Assembly: GCA_964016885.1 (NCBI GenBank)
Contig: OZ024743.1
Span: 250,542,001 to 250,606,000, forward strand
Reading direction: 5' to 3'
Length of the DNA stretch: 64,000 nt
From: Eledone cirrhosa
Taxonomy: Eukaryota
Positions 63,601 through 64,000 of this stretch are shown here, one piece after another. Below the pieces are notes generated by a model. The model worked only from the letters and a program-made list of their open reading frames with translations, did not search any database and was not told the DNA's origin. The position numbers were made by a program, and so were the translations under genes. Within the stretch, counting starts at the first letter, position 1, and every line of letters begins with the position of its first letter.

Positions 63601-64000
63601 GGTAGTGGTAGTGACAAGTGTGGTATACCAGCCTAGAAGGTAGTAGTGGTAGTGACAAGTGTGGTATAACAGACTAGAAGGTAGTGGTAGTGACAAGTGT
63701 GGTATACCAGACTAGAAGGTAGTGGTAGTGACAAGTGTGGTATACCAGACTAGAAGGTAGTGTCAAGTGTGGTATACCTGACAAGAAGGTAGTAGTGGTA
63801 GTGACAAGTGTGGTATACCAGACTAGAAGGTAGTAGTGGTAGTGACAAGTGTGGTATACCAGACTAGAAGGTAGTGGTAGTGACAAGTGTGGTATTCCAG
63901 ACTAGAAGGTAGTAGTGGTAGTGACAAGTGTGGTATACCAGACTAGAAGGTAGTGGTAGTGACAAGTGTGGTATACCAGACTAGAAGGTAGTAGTGGTAG

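Larger units (their letters stand above)
15870..64000. repeat. satellite DNA array, 38/41/46-bp monomers, >48 kb, runs off the window
   Basis: Consensus AGAAGG(TAG)TAGTGGTAGTGACAAGTGTGGTATACCAGACT; roughly 1200 monomers estimated from length; no insertions seen. Confidence 0.98.

Noticed and set aside
17736-63886. Dozens of ~70-aa MSLPLPSSLVYHTCHYH ORFs
   Set aside because: They arise wherever a point variant removes the monomer's TAG stop; they are useful only as HOR markers
15870-64000. CRISPR-like appearance (~38-bp repeats containing a palindrome)
   Set aside because: No unique spacers, no cas genes, eukaryotic context

Overview
AT-rich eukaryotic (non-prokaryotic) DNA, most likely an octopus/cephalopod genome, inferred from the SINE and RTE families and the (TA)n/(GAT)n microsatellites. 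No host gene could be supported. Bases 1-15.8 kb are a mosaic of mobile elements, many inserted into (TA)n: a pogo/Tigger-type MITE, tRNA-derived SINEs, and a 5'-truncated RTE-clade LINE with an intact reverse transcriptase ORF that carries a PHD-like C4HC3 finger, plus several RTE 3' tails, one interrupted by a U2 snRNA fragment. There are also six long inverted repeats. The most notable element is a 468-bp unit (3 tandem copies plus 1 inverted partial copy) in which every tandem copy contains a minimal type I hammerhead ribozyme, a retrozyme / Penelope-pLTR-like architecture predicted to release 468-nt (circular) RNAs. A second, unrelated hammerhead sits in a 427-bp palindrome. From ~15870 to the end of the window is a >48 kb satellite of 38/41/46-bp monomers with nested higher-order duplications. 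All ORFs in microsatellites and in the satellite are treated as artefacts.
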